This document shows positions 12,991 to 24,276 of a DNA stretch of 49,480 bases, one piece after another. Source of the stretch: Octopus bimaculoides (Eukaryota). How positions within the stretch are numbered: position 1 is the stretch's first letter; each line of letters begins with the position of its first letter. Made by a program: the position numbers and the translations under genes. Under the pieces are notes generated by a model. It saw only the letters and a program-made list of their open reading frames with translations. It ran no database searches and was not told the DNA's origin. The DNA lies in the NCBI RefSeq assembly GCF_001194135.2, contig NC_068985.1, forward strand, positions 50,943,397-50,992,876, written 5' to 3'.

Positions 12991-13439
12991 GAGCAAAAAC
13001 CAAGCACTTAAAGTGTATTGTTTATGTCTATGCCTCTGTACCCAATTTGTTCCTGTTATGCCTTCCGTATAAATCTTCCTAAAACCCATCTAACCACAAC
13101 ACTATTCATTCAGCTGCAATGATTATGAGAACTACTTACATTTCATTCCCATTTGTGCTACCTGTTATCTCTCTTCTTGGAACCATTTCCCTGTGCTATG
13201 CATCTAGCATTCTCAATATCATCCCTTTACTCTTTTCCACTGACCACCCGTTTCCCTTGAGTTGCATCTTTCTCTTTTGTCTTATATTCACCTTGTACTA
13301 TCATCTTTTTCTCTTTCCAGCTTGAGTAGCCATGTATCATCTCTACAGGAAGATAACTATTACGGCCCCTCCATCATATTTTTATTAATCAATGCCTGGC
13401 ATACACCCTCATCCCTCTCTACAACACCGTCGTCTTAGT

Positions 13440-13655
13440 TAAGGGCTCCCTCTTACAAGTTTCTTGGTGACTTCACAAGTGCCCGGTGCCACGGAAGAAC
13501 CGCTCAAAACACTTCGTAAAGTAGTTAGCGTTAGGAAGACCGAGCATCCTATTGTAGAAACCATGCCAAAGCAAACTTTGGAGTTCGACGTTATAACTGG
13601 CTCGTCATATCATGTCGAACCATCCATCTCATGCCAGCATAGAAGATGAACGTTA
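13440..13655 (+). mobile_element. Diverged RTE 3' tail
   Basis: GTTAGCGTTAGGAAG...CATCTCATGCCAGCATAGAAGATGAACGTTAAATGATGA resembles the family tail. Confidence 0.6.
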
Positions 13656-13964
13656 AATGATGACTATACATGTGTGTCATAAACCAGTTGAAAGAAGGAT
13701 TTTATTCAAACTTTATTCTGCTCACCATCTAATCCGTAAATCACGCGTGTCCAACGATTAAGACACGTTGTTTCACATTAGGTAAAGACAGTATCCATCT
13801 ACCAACGTCATTCGACACTATGCCGCATTTTCGTACTCAATACAAAATAAGATATCTATATTTTTACCTATCATTTACTATTGGAGAAAGGAATTAATGA
13901 TAGGTTATAATTCATAACTATACATATATATATATATAATATTTGTTTATACAGCGTTTATTTA

Positions 13965-14015
<51 letters not shown>

Positions 14016-14532
14016 CACATACAATAATTAAAGGGGAGAGTATATGTAAGTATTGTTTTATATAGAGAGAGCGCTTATATAATGTTTAATATGTGTGAGA
14101 GAGAAGGGAGAGAGTATGTATATGTAGTGTTTATACATACAGTCAAAAGGCACAATTTTGCGAAAGATAGACTAAAGTTTACAAAATTTTTAGATTTATT
14201 GACATGTTACGTAGCAGAAATGGGAGCGTTTGCAGACAGAGGTATTCTCTGACTAAACGATTTAGTTTTAAACAAAGAAATATGTATTGTTGTATTTCGA
14301 GACGGTTGCCAAATAAACTGACGCACTATAGTGCATGAGTTTATTAGTTTATTTAGCAAGAAAAAAAAATGACCATCCTGAAATATAGCAAATGTCTGTT
14401 TCAGCACACAATTTCACATAAGGAATCTAGCAAAACAAATTCATAAACGTAAATATGTAATTTTTTTTTTTTTAAGATGACTGAGATTAGGAATTAATCT
14501 ACCTTGATACATTTAACATAGAGGTGAATGAC

Positions 14533-14662
14533 GAAGGTAAAGAATGCGTACATCCGGTGGTTAGGGTTAGGGTTAAGGGTTAGTGTTAAGGTTAGGGTTT
14601 AGGGTTAGTTTTAGGGTTTTTGTTACGTCGATAAGTGGTGGTGTACGTATTCTTTACCTCCG
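14533..14662. repeat. Small inverted-repeat element enclosing degenerate (TTAGGG)n
   Basis: CGAAGGTAAAGAATGCGTACATC pairs with GGTGTACGTATTCTTTACCTCCG (20/23) around about 10 telomere-like units. Confidence 0.8.
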
Positions 14663-14723
14663 CCGAGGAGAATTATTCAGGTCAACCAAACAGTGACAGA
14701 AAGAAAACAATCATAATACTTAC

Positions 14724-14872
14724 AAGTTGATGGTTCTTTCGAGAGTAATTGAGGAAGGAGAGAGCGTTATGTTTCCATATTTTGCTGAACCATGTTGTGA
14801 ACCACTCACACCGCCAGCCTTCGGCCAACCAGACCTAGGGTACGTCGGCATTTTAGGAGTTTGATGAGCCAT
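14724..14872 (-). CDS. NUDT21: NUDT21/CPSF5 coding exon 1
   Basis: MAHQTPKMPTYPRSGWPKAGGVSGSQHGSAKYGNITLSPSSITLERTIN(L), with SGWP and TLERTINL as in CFIm25; GTAAGT donor; phase 2 joins exon 2 in frame (TT+A=Leu); the second Met is a possible alternative start. Confidence 0.93.
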
Positions 14873-15568
14873 GTGCTATCACGTTCACTTTCCGTTGAAC
14901 TTGCGTTTACAAAGTTAGATGCGAAATATATTTTGTGTTCTAAGGAGTTTATTGCATAATAATAGATTAGTAAATTTAAAAGAATATTACATTAAACCTC
15001 ACACCGTCCATTTCCCACATTTTCAACGTTAGCAGTGATTATCTCCCTTAATATTTAAATAAACCGGATGTTGCGAAGCGTTTATTACAAAACTAGGATT
15101 TAAAATTAATATTGTAAATGCTCCATGGCATAACTTGTATAAATAATTTCTTTCAAACGACATTAAACTGACTGAGGAGTCAGCTGTGATTAATGTGTCT
15201 ATAACCAAGAACAAATAAATATTCTTTCAAATGGGAAAACAATTAAGCAAGTGGTATTATCCCTCCTTCAAAATTTTATAAATACCGAATCGAAATGCTT
15301 CTTTCTTCAACTCGTCGTTTCACCTACAACCAATCGTTAATTGAAAAAATCAAATTTTATCAAAAATGTCTGAACATGAGATTTAACCAATGTTCTACAA
15401 GACAGGGAATGGGGATGCAAATTTGTTTATCTATGCACTTTCAGATCGCTTCGACTGAAATACAACCATAATAAACAAAAGGGAAAATAATATCAAACCG
15501 ACTACTATATTTAAAATAAAATGAAAAAATCATTTATAACAGAACTATTGCTTTATGTTACAAAAATA

Positions 15569-15574
15569 TTTATT
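15569..15574 (-). promoter_or_regulatory. Candidate polyadenylation signal of TYW3
   Basis: AATAAA on minus strand just after the stop; further AATAAA at 15081-15086 and 14948-14953. Confidence 0.45.
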
Positions 15575-15586
15575 ACTTTAAAATAG

Positions 15587-15641
15587 TCAAATGTGAGATC
15601 CAGAATTTTTAAGGTTTGCTTCTTGTAGGTTCTCAAATAAC
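15587..15641 (-). CDS. TYW3: TYW3 coding exon 7 (last)
   Basis: Strong acceptor CTTTTATTTTCGTTTTCAG; phase 2 continues R-LFENLQEANLKNSGSHI*, comparable to vertebrate RFYNCLQ; AATAAA 12 nt after the stop. Confidence 0.75.
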
Positions 15642-15868
15642 CTGAAAACGAAAATAAAAGATTACGTTAGTTATGATGTATTAAATAATAGATACATACT
15701 TCTGTTGCTGATAGACACGGTGAAAAAATAGTTTTTAGGACCATTAGTTTAGTTATCACATGCACTGCATTGAAATATTACAGTACTATAACTGATTTCA
15801 ATGTAATATATAATAGAACAGACGTAAAGTTTAAATATTATACTTTTATTTTAACAGTCAGTCAGAGG

Positions 15869-17567
15869 CAGGGCCAGCCTTGGGTTGCTGGCGCACCAGG
15901 TAAGTTGAACTTCGGCGTGTACAAACTGACGGTCGTAGAAATTTCCTTGTCTCTGTCACGCTCTCCTTGGTGCCCCTAGCACATAGCACCCCGGGCGGCG
16001 AAATTTTCTTTCCCACAAGAGTTCCGGACCTCAGTAATGAACTCATTTGCATACAGCCAATCAAAGATCTACCAAGTAAACTCAAGACAAAGAATGGTGT
16101 TTGAAGTCGACCGGTCGCCAAGTTATGCTAGATTTTAGAAGGAGACAAGTAATTAGATAGATTTGCATCTATATCTATTATTGGATTTTGTTAGGGTCCC
16201 ATATGGTAAAGATGTGGATGAGAAAAATGTGGGTAGAGGGTGATGTGCTAGCAACCCTCACCCCTTACTGTTTTACAAAGTAAACAACAACACAAATAAC
16301 TACGCAGAAGCAGCTATGGTTGAAACAAAAACAAGAACAACAAACATTATCAAAAGAGAAAAGAAGCATGGTCATTCCTTAAGCAGGAGAACTTATCTTA
16401 TCGCCCATCACTTGTTATGCGCTCATAAATTAGTTTGATAATTGAGCTCTCATTGGCTGTATGCAAATAAGGTCATAACTGGGATCCAGAACAGTTGTGG
16501 GGAAAAAAATTTCGCCCCGGGGTGACTGCTTGAGTTGCTTGTACCTTGAGCCAGTCATGAATTTTTTTTTCACAAGAGTTCCGGACCCCAGTAATGAACT
16601 CATTCGCATACAGCCAATCAGAGCAGAGCCACCTTTATCCTTTCTTCCTTTCTAACCAGCACCGTGCATTCCCAGCAACCTTTTTGTCACTAACAAAAAA
16701 AATTTCACTATCACTACAAGTAATACTGTCTCTAACTACCTGTCAGGCAAACGAATAAATATATGTAAATAATATTTCTTCCTTCTTGATGCTGATCCTT
16801 TGATGTTCAGTGATTACGCCGATGTTGGCACAATAATGCACTTGCCCAAACTGAATTGCTGAGGTTATTTCATTTTTTCCAGAAAAATATTTTTAAAAAG
16901 TTATAGAGGTTTAAAGTTTGATCATATTCACCCAGTCAGGTGATAAGATAAGGTCACTTGGTTAAGGAATGACATGTTTCTTTTCTCTTTTAATAATGAT
17001 TGTTGTTTAAGGTGGAACGTTGGCCGAAATGTTAGCACACTGGGCGAAATACTTAGCAGTATTTCGTCTGTCTTTACATTCTGAGTTCAAATTCCATCGA
17101 GGTCGACTTTGCCTTCCATCCTTTCAGGGTCAATAAATTAAGTTCCAGTTGTGCCTAGAGTAGAAAAGAATAATGTTTGCTGTTCTTGTTCTTGTTTCAA
17201 CCATGGCTGCCTCTGCATAGTTATTTGTGTTGTTATTTACTTTGTAAAACAGTAAGGGGAGAGGTTGCTAGCACATCACCCTCTACCCACATTTTACCCA
17301 TCCACATCTTTACCATATGGGGTCCCTAACAAAATCCAATAATAGGTATAGATGCAAATCTATCTAATTACTTGTCGCTTTCTAAAATCAGGCATAACTT
17401 GGCAATCGGTTGACTTCAAACAGCGTTCTTTGTCTTGAGTTTACTTGGTCGTGTGTTTGTTAACTTGACAACAAGGTCAAGGTGAGCTCTGATTGGCTGT
17501 ATGCAAATGAGTTCATTACTGAGGTCTGGAACTCTCGTAGGAAAAAAATTTTCACAAGTCAGCCCTG
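15869..17567. mobile_element. Non-autonomous hAT-like composite element with internal inverted duplication
   Basis: CAGGGC...GCCCTG termini; 8-bp flanks GTCAGAGG (15861-15868) and GTCAGAGA (17568-17575); 16015-16400 is the reverse complement of about 16940-17540. Confidence 0.75.
17009..17168 (+). mobile_element. tRNA-derived SINE nested in the hAT-like element
   Basis: A-box-like TGGCCGAAATG and B-box-like GAGTTCAAATT; imperfect ~16-bp TSD AATAATGATTGTTGTT/AATAATGTTTGCTGTT; absent from the mirror copy at 16340-16350. Confidence 0.85.
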
Positions 17568-18975
17568 GTCAGAGATGTAAAAGCAGAAATTTTTCTTTTT
17601 TTTTCTGTATCTCCTAAACTGATGGGAGGAAGATACGATCATAGTACAGACCTAGTTTGAGTACTGGCAAGCAATTGGTCTCAAAGGGGCACCAGGCTAA
17701 GTACGATCCAATTACAAAAAATCTCCAACAAACATTCACACACTTTCCATCAACCACATTTAACTCATACGACTTTGCTTACACAATAAGTTAAACAATA
17801 AGTTATATCTGTGCCCTTGTTTGTGTTATTTTCCAAGCAAGTACATTTAAAATACCACTAAACTTTCAGTTAACTACCAATAGCTCTAAAAGAAAATTAA
17901 GAGATGCAATCATATCCAACCATGCAATATTTGAGGACAGTTCCAAAAATCAAAAAGCCAAACTATCCCCTTAACAGAAAATAGATTTTATAAAATAAAA
18001 AATATTTCAGGGAAATGGATGTGAAGAGAAAATAGAAATATGGATAATTTCAAAGTTGACCATGTAAAGATACTGACTTAGTTGGGAATACAAGTAGTGG
18101 GGGTGTTTCTCTGTAATAACTCCACCTCACTTGCACAATGCAATAGTCAGCCAACTAAAATCGGGGCCTCAACAATGGTATCTGCTACAACTGTTGCAAT
18201 CAAGTGTCCAGTTTGGGGGTTACTTAAAGAAACATTCATTACAAGGAAACGGATGAGCTAGGGAACACCTGGGGAAAGTATGGAATCAAAGAGGCATTTA
18301 ATCAAAAAACATTTTAGTAAACTAACATGGTTGCTACTGCTATAGTGCTGAAGATATGCAATACATAGTAGATTTGCATAATCAAAAGTGCTGAGATGTT
18401 ATGATAACTAAGCAGCGCTTAGTTATCATAGCATCTTAGTTATCTCACATTCCAAATATTAACCTCAGTACTGTTATTAGTCATGTAATGATAATTTCTG
18501 GCGGAAGAAAGACAAGGAAAACATGGAGAGTAATGGTGAGGTTGGATCTTAGGATGTTGGGCCTCATAGATAAGATGATGCGGGTTTGCAATAAAAGGCT
18601 ATTGTACTGTAAGAATTCAGCATCTAGTTAGTTAACCAAGTTAAAAAATAGATACCACTAAAATGTTTTCAATTATAAAATAATACAGCTACAAAAAAAA
18701 AAAAACACTTGCTCCAATATTTTTATAAATTTGTAGAACCATTAAACTCATAATGACATGGCAAAAAGCAAAAAGCTATTTTTAAAAATTTCTCATTTCT
18801 TGTACAGGTATAGTTTTTGATTTTTAAGAGAAAAGAAATGGTAAGTTGTGATGTTTACACCTTTCCCAAGTACAAGCAATTCCCAACTAAAACTTGAAAC
18901 TTTATTATAGATGCAGAATAATTGTTTAAGATGGTTTGGGAGAGACTTCTAAAAATTGAAAAATGTAACAAATAC

Positions 18976-19040
18976 CTTTGAATTCGTGTTAAGTTTTCAC
19001 TCATCTTTTGGTTTGCAATTCCAATGATATAATCAATATA
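18976..19040 (-). CDS. TYW3: TYW3 coding exon 6
   Basis: YIDYIIGIANQKMSENLTRIQ(R), similar to human YIDFLLNVANQKMEENKKRIER; TTTAG acceptor, GTATTT donor, 65 bp. Confidence 0.92.
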
Positions 19041-19096
19041 CTAAAGTAAAGAAAAAAAGTAATGAAATAAAGAAACATAAAACAATACAATATATT

Positions 19097-19310
19097 CTTC
19101 TCTACTCTAGGCACAAGGCCCAAAATTTTTGGGGAAGGGGCCAGTTAATTAGATCGACCCCAGTACACAGCTAGTACTTAATTTATCGACCCTGAAAGAA
19201 TGAAAGGCAAAGTCGACTTCAGTGGAATTTGAACTCAGAATGTAAAGACAGACAAAATACCGCCAACCATTTTGCCCAGCGTGCTAACGTTTCTGTCCGC
19301 TCACCACCTT
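19097..19310 (-). mobile_element. Full-length tRNA-derived SINE with perfect 16-bp TSD
   Basis: Same family as 17009-17168; AACAATACAATATATT at both 19081-19096 and 19311-19326. Confidence 0.9.
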
Positions 19311-21063
19311 AACAATACAATATATTACAATAAGACTGCAATAACTTATTAAATTTACCTATGAATGCTCTTATATATTACATATATAGGAAAATTTAAT
19401 AAATTTAATTGTGAAGTATGAAGATTTTTGCCTGAATTTCTGAGCAGGAGAATTATTATCATACACCAATATATTCATACTAATACTGTCCTAAACTTGT
19501 ATGTTATAATTACATTTCAGAATGAACTGTCTATTTAATTCACAAGGGTACACTGTTCTCGTTCTGTTATCCATACTATAGTTAGTTTTTTATTCATTAT
19601 TCTCCCGCTTGTAATGCTACTTGCTCATTCCATTTGAACCAGAGTATATCCAAACTGACTGACCCAGAGACTGAACTCATGCTTATCAGTTAGATTACAA
19701 CACTTAATAAATAATAATATTGACAATCCTGCTGTCCTGCAAATATAAGCAATGTTTCACTATTAAGTACAGTAGTTAACACATTAGGCTTGAGTACAAC
19801 TCCTACTTCAAGCATAATGCATAAATGGCATGGCAAGAAGGATGAAATGAAAACAATATCCTTGGTATGAAGAACTGAATGAAAATAGTGTACCTTTGCT
19901 TAGTCAATCTCAGCAGAATTTGAACTCAGAACGAAGAGATGGACAAAATGCCACTCAGCATCTTGCCCAGCATGCTAATGATTCTGCCTTATTATTAATA
20001 TATTGATAATAAAACAGATAAATGTCCAATCTTCACAGCAGTGATTTGCTCTAAAACTCATGCTTTAAATTGTCAGGTAAATTGTGCAAGAGAGAAAGTC
20101 AAATACTACTGACACATGTACACACTTGCACATATTTGGACACTAATGGCATGAGCACATATACACATATCCTCCTCCACTCTTTCACATACACAAATAC
20201 AGCTAATTGTGCATGTATGTGTGGACGCCAATAGTGTATACTTGTGTGTGTGTGTGTGTGTGCACGCATCTTTGTGTACATGCTTCTCTCTCTCTCTCTC
20301 TCTCTCTCTTGCACACACTTTTACCATCCCTTTATATGGATTGACAGATTTTTCTAACACCACAGGAATCCATCGTTAGCATTTTAATATAATAGATGAT
20401 GATTTATTTTATTTGCCACAGGGGCATCTGAAGAGGTGGGGATAATTCAAAGACAATTTACAAATCACTACACTCAGCCCTTCTTTTACAGAATGTCAGC
20501 CCTCTAGGATTCCATCCCTGCTCATATCTTTCCCAAAATTGTTAGCTTACAAAGGTTCAAGATGGATATAAATGACATCAATATACCAGTTCAAGAGGGT
20601 CTGGAAAGTAACAAGCAAAGCCCCTTCCTCCAGACCTACCTAGTACGTGAAAATAAGTTAAAATGTTAAAATCATGAACGGCACCTAAATTTAATATAGA
20701 AAAACATATTTAGTTTTGTCATGAAGGAATTTGTAGGTTAGAAGACCAATAAATGAAGACTCATGAGATCAGCAATGGCAACAGCCCAATTCCAAGCTGC
20801 CACTGTCACAACTGCCATCATCATCATTTAACATCTGTCTTAACATGTTGGCATGGGTTAGATGGTTTGACAGGATCTAAAGAGTCAGATGACTATATCA
20901 AGCTCCAATATCTACTTTATTATTTGTACATCCTAAACAATATTTAGTATAAACTAACACATTGGTGCAAGCTTGACACAAAAGCTCATTGCTTCATGCA
21001 GTAGAAGGGACTGTATAATTGATGTGGTAAAATAATAATCCCCCCACCCCATAGATTACTTAC

Positions 21064-21132
21064 CTCTTTGGAAACAAGGAGTTCACCATTATTTGATAAT
21101 GGTACTTCTAAACACTGAGTGCTTCTTATTGC
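21064..21132 (-). CDS. TYW3: TYW3 coding exon 5
   Basis: AIRSTQCLEVPLSNNGELLVSKE, similar to human [23 protein letters not shown]; TTTAG acceptor, GTAAGT donor, 69 bp, phase 0. Confidence 0.93.
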
Positions 21133-22865
21133 CTAAAGAAATTGAAAACAATTTACAATGATTTTGCAACATTATTTGAAGGCTTATCTATCCTGAGAAA
21201 TTCAACTTATTTAAAACATTTTTACAATTTCTTAGACCCAATAATGAAAACTTCAATATTTGGCAGTTGACAATCCTTAATGATACTTATATAAGATAAC
21301 TGCTTACTTTTTAAAAAAAGATAATGCTATAAATACATTGAGGAAATGGTTATTACCTAAATTAACCCTGATACATGCCTACTACAATCTACCTCACTAG
21401 ATGCATGTCACTTATTTTACCAAAAATGAGGAATAGTTAAGTTAATCACAATGAGATTTCAATGTAGACAGTCATAATAAATCTCTCACTAGTTAAACCA
21501 GTGATTGACTTATTGGAAACCTGTAATTTATGATGCTATAGTGCAAATCCATCAAAAGCATTTTGTTGTGCTTCTGGACAGAAAAATTTATTCTACATTC
21601 CTCAGCCTGTAACAGCCATCAGGTTATCTGGGAATGTTACTTCTTGAGAGACTGCTGTTCAATCAAGGGAAGATATATCTTTCATCTACAGAAATAAAAG
21701 CAAAGCATTGACTCTCAAGAGCCTTGATGTTGTGAAAGTCAACTGTAGTCAAACCTATGATCAAAAAGCATTCCAGATGTGACTATCCCACTTTTTCTAT
21801 TATTGCTTTTCTGATACACAGTATTAGGTAGTGGGTAGTGACTTCTGTCATTACTTTATGGAGTAATGACCCTACCTTACATGACTCCTGGCTTTAGCAG
21901 GTCCTGGCTGACATGCCTGGAATGGACTCCAGTTTAGGGTTACAGAACCCCCAATTATGAATAAATAGCTTCACTGCCTCATGAGATAAAGGATACAGAG
22001 TAAACATTACAATAAATCTGAAACGGTGCCCCTAAACTGTTCAACTCAACCTTTTTCTGGCAACTTCAACAGCCAAACTGGTACCAAACAGTACTCTTTT
22101 AAATCACACAACTGAAGTTGAGAGTGGGGTTTTGGTGTTTGGGCACTCTAGTATCTCCAAATATGCAACTTAGGCTTATACTCCAGAAAGGTTATTTCAG
22201 TGTCACTGTATAGAGCAGCAGCATAAGAGTTTGTTAGCTTTGTCGTGTTGGACTGGAACTCAAATCTGGACAGATCTGTATTGAAAAACTCATCTCTCAA
22301 AACAGATGGATGCTAACAACATATATAGAAACATGTTATCCAATATTTCCTTTTTATTTAAGACAGCAGGTGTGATTTGATGAAAATTCCACTGTTATTT
22401 CAAGTTAGCAGAACAACCATGTAGTGGCTGCCTCATTTGCTGAATAGGACTTTCAGGACTTAGTGGGAGGAGTGTATTTAGCAAAAAATGCCTAGATAGA
22501 AGCAATGTTTACTGACTAGAAACATGTGAGAGTAGCTAACAAATTAAAAATTAAATCCTTTTAAATGATAACATGAAAATAAAGCAGTTGTATCATAGCA
22601 GAGACATTTTAGCTATTTAAAAGACACATGCAGTGATTCTTCATCATCATCATCATTTTTTTAACAACAACTTTTCCATGCTTGCATGGGTCAGAAGAAA
22701 TTATGTAGAGAAAGACAATTCTGTGGACAGTTGACCTTCTTTTTGCCAACCCACTCTTTTTCAACACAAAGTGATATTTTCCATACCCAGTCATGTTTTC
22801 ATGGAAGAATTAATACCATTGCTTGCATGTCAGTGATGCACATTTATAAATATTACATGATGTCA

Positions 22866-22894
<29 letters not shown>

Positions 22895-22897
<3 letters not shown>

Positions 22898-23030
22898 GAC
22901 TGGCTTCTTTCAGTTTCGTGTAACAAATCCACTCAATGTTTTGGTCAGCCAAGGAATACAGTACAAAACACTTGCACAGTGGGACTGAAACCAAAACCAC
23001 ATGGTTAGGAAGCAAACCACAGACATGCCT
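22895..23030 (-). mobile_element. Second SINE family copy (also about 29445-29590 + and 46880-46980 -)
   Basis: Shared AACCACATGG...CAGTCCCACTG...GGGCAAGTGTCTTCTACTATAGCC-like core, diverged. Confidence 0.6.
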
Positions 23031-23239
23031 GTGATTGTGCTATATATACACATACATATCTTTCTCTTACTCCACCCTCTATTTCTCTCTTACTCTATCT
23101 CTCCTTTCTTTTCCTACTGAGGTATCCAAGTATCTCCTCTATAATAAGACACCTGACTCTATCCCTCTATTATATTTTAACCTCTTAACTGACACAAAGC
23201 CATCTCCCTTGGTTACAGTACCTCTCCCAGTTGAGAGGT

Positions 23240-23480
23240 CTTCATCTCAAAAGTTACCTGGTAACCCTGCCTGGTGCCATATAAAAAGTACTAATGTTGG
23301 TATGAGATAAAAAGCACCCAGTACACTCCGTAAAGTGGCATTAGGAAGAGCATTCAGTTGCAGAAACCATGCCAAAGCAGACAATGGAACCTGGTGTAAC
23401 TCTTCAGCTTGCCTAGCTCCTGTCAAACCATCCAACCCATGCCAGCATGGAAGATGGACATTAAATGAGGATGAGGGTAA
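23240..23480 (+). mobile_element. Older-subfamily RTE tail
   Basis: ...CAAACCATCCAACCCATGCCAGCATGGAAGATGGACATTAAATGAGGATGAG followed by (TA)n. Confidence 0.7.
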
Positions 23481-23497
23481 TGATGAGATATATGTAT

Positions 23498-23546
<49 letters not shown>

Positions 23547-23682
23547 TATATACACAACATGATTAGATTCATAATTNNNNNNNNNNCAATTTCATTGTGC
23601 CAACTTTCAGGAAATGTCTTCTATCACAGCACTGAGTTGCCTTCTGAGTGGAATTTAGCATATGGAAACCATGCTGAAACCT

Positions 23683-23683
23683 T

Positions 23684-23715
<32 letters not shown>

Positions 23716-23716
23716 G

Positions 23717-23750
<34 letters not shown>

Positions 23751-23752
23751 TG
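23683..23752. repeat. (GA)n microsatellite
   Basis: Direct reading; a 10-N gap lies at 23577-23586. Confidence 0.95.
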
Positions 23753-24204
23753 TGTTGCCAATTTTTTTGTGAATGATGTAAACATCAATAAAATATAAAC
23801 ATCTATATTAAAACTGAAAAATTGTGCTCTCAAATTAAAATACATTATATTTGTTCCACCTAAATTACCAGATATTTCCTTTGTCACTCAAGGCATCTAC
23901 AGAAACTTACAACCAAAGTCACTATTGTGACATAAAATAAAATAATCGCTTGTATTAAAGTCATTGGTCACAGACGTATGACCTGGATACTGATATTCTA
24001 CTCCACTGTATACATATCTTATTAAGGAAATTATCATCTTAAAATCTATATATCAGTATATGTGTGTTTTAAATTACTAAAATGACTCTACTCTGTTGCA
24101 TCTGTCTTAGTATTTTCAGCCACTCTCAGATCAAATCTCTTGTCAAATAGCTGCAACAACAAAAAATTAAATAATAAAAAAATTTTATCAAAGGCCTCCC
24201 TTAC

Positions 24205-24276
24205 AGCAATAATCTTCCCCTTTCTGTTGACTGTAATACCAGAGTTGCGAAATCCAGAAGCGACAGACACAGCATG
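24205..24276 (-). CDS. TYW3: TYW3 coding exon 4
   Basis: HAVSVASGFRNSGITVNRKGKIIA (conserved SGFRNSG); TTTCAG acceptor, GTAAGG donor, 72 bp. Confidence 0.95.

Noticed and set aside
14559-14620. True telomere or chromosome end
   Set aside because: Short, degenerate, interstitial, inside a gene intron and bounded by inverted repeats
17009-17090. tRNA gene
   Set aside because: A/B-box-like motifs only, no cloverleaf; continues into SINE body and has a TSD
18220-18268. Alternative TYW3 last exon (CTTTCCCCAG acceptor, RCSLAHPFPCNECFFK*)
   Set aside because: In frame but without similarity to TYW3; the 15587-15641 exon fits better. Cannot be excluded as a minor isoform
18970-18975. U12-type intron at the GTATTT donor
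   Set aside because: Does not match the GTATCCTT minor-spliceosome consensus
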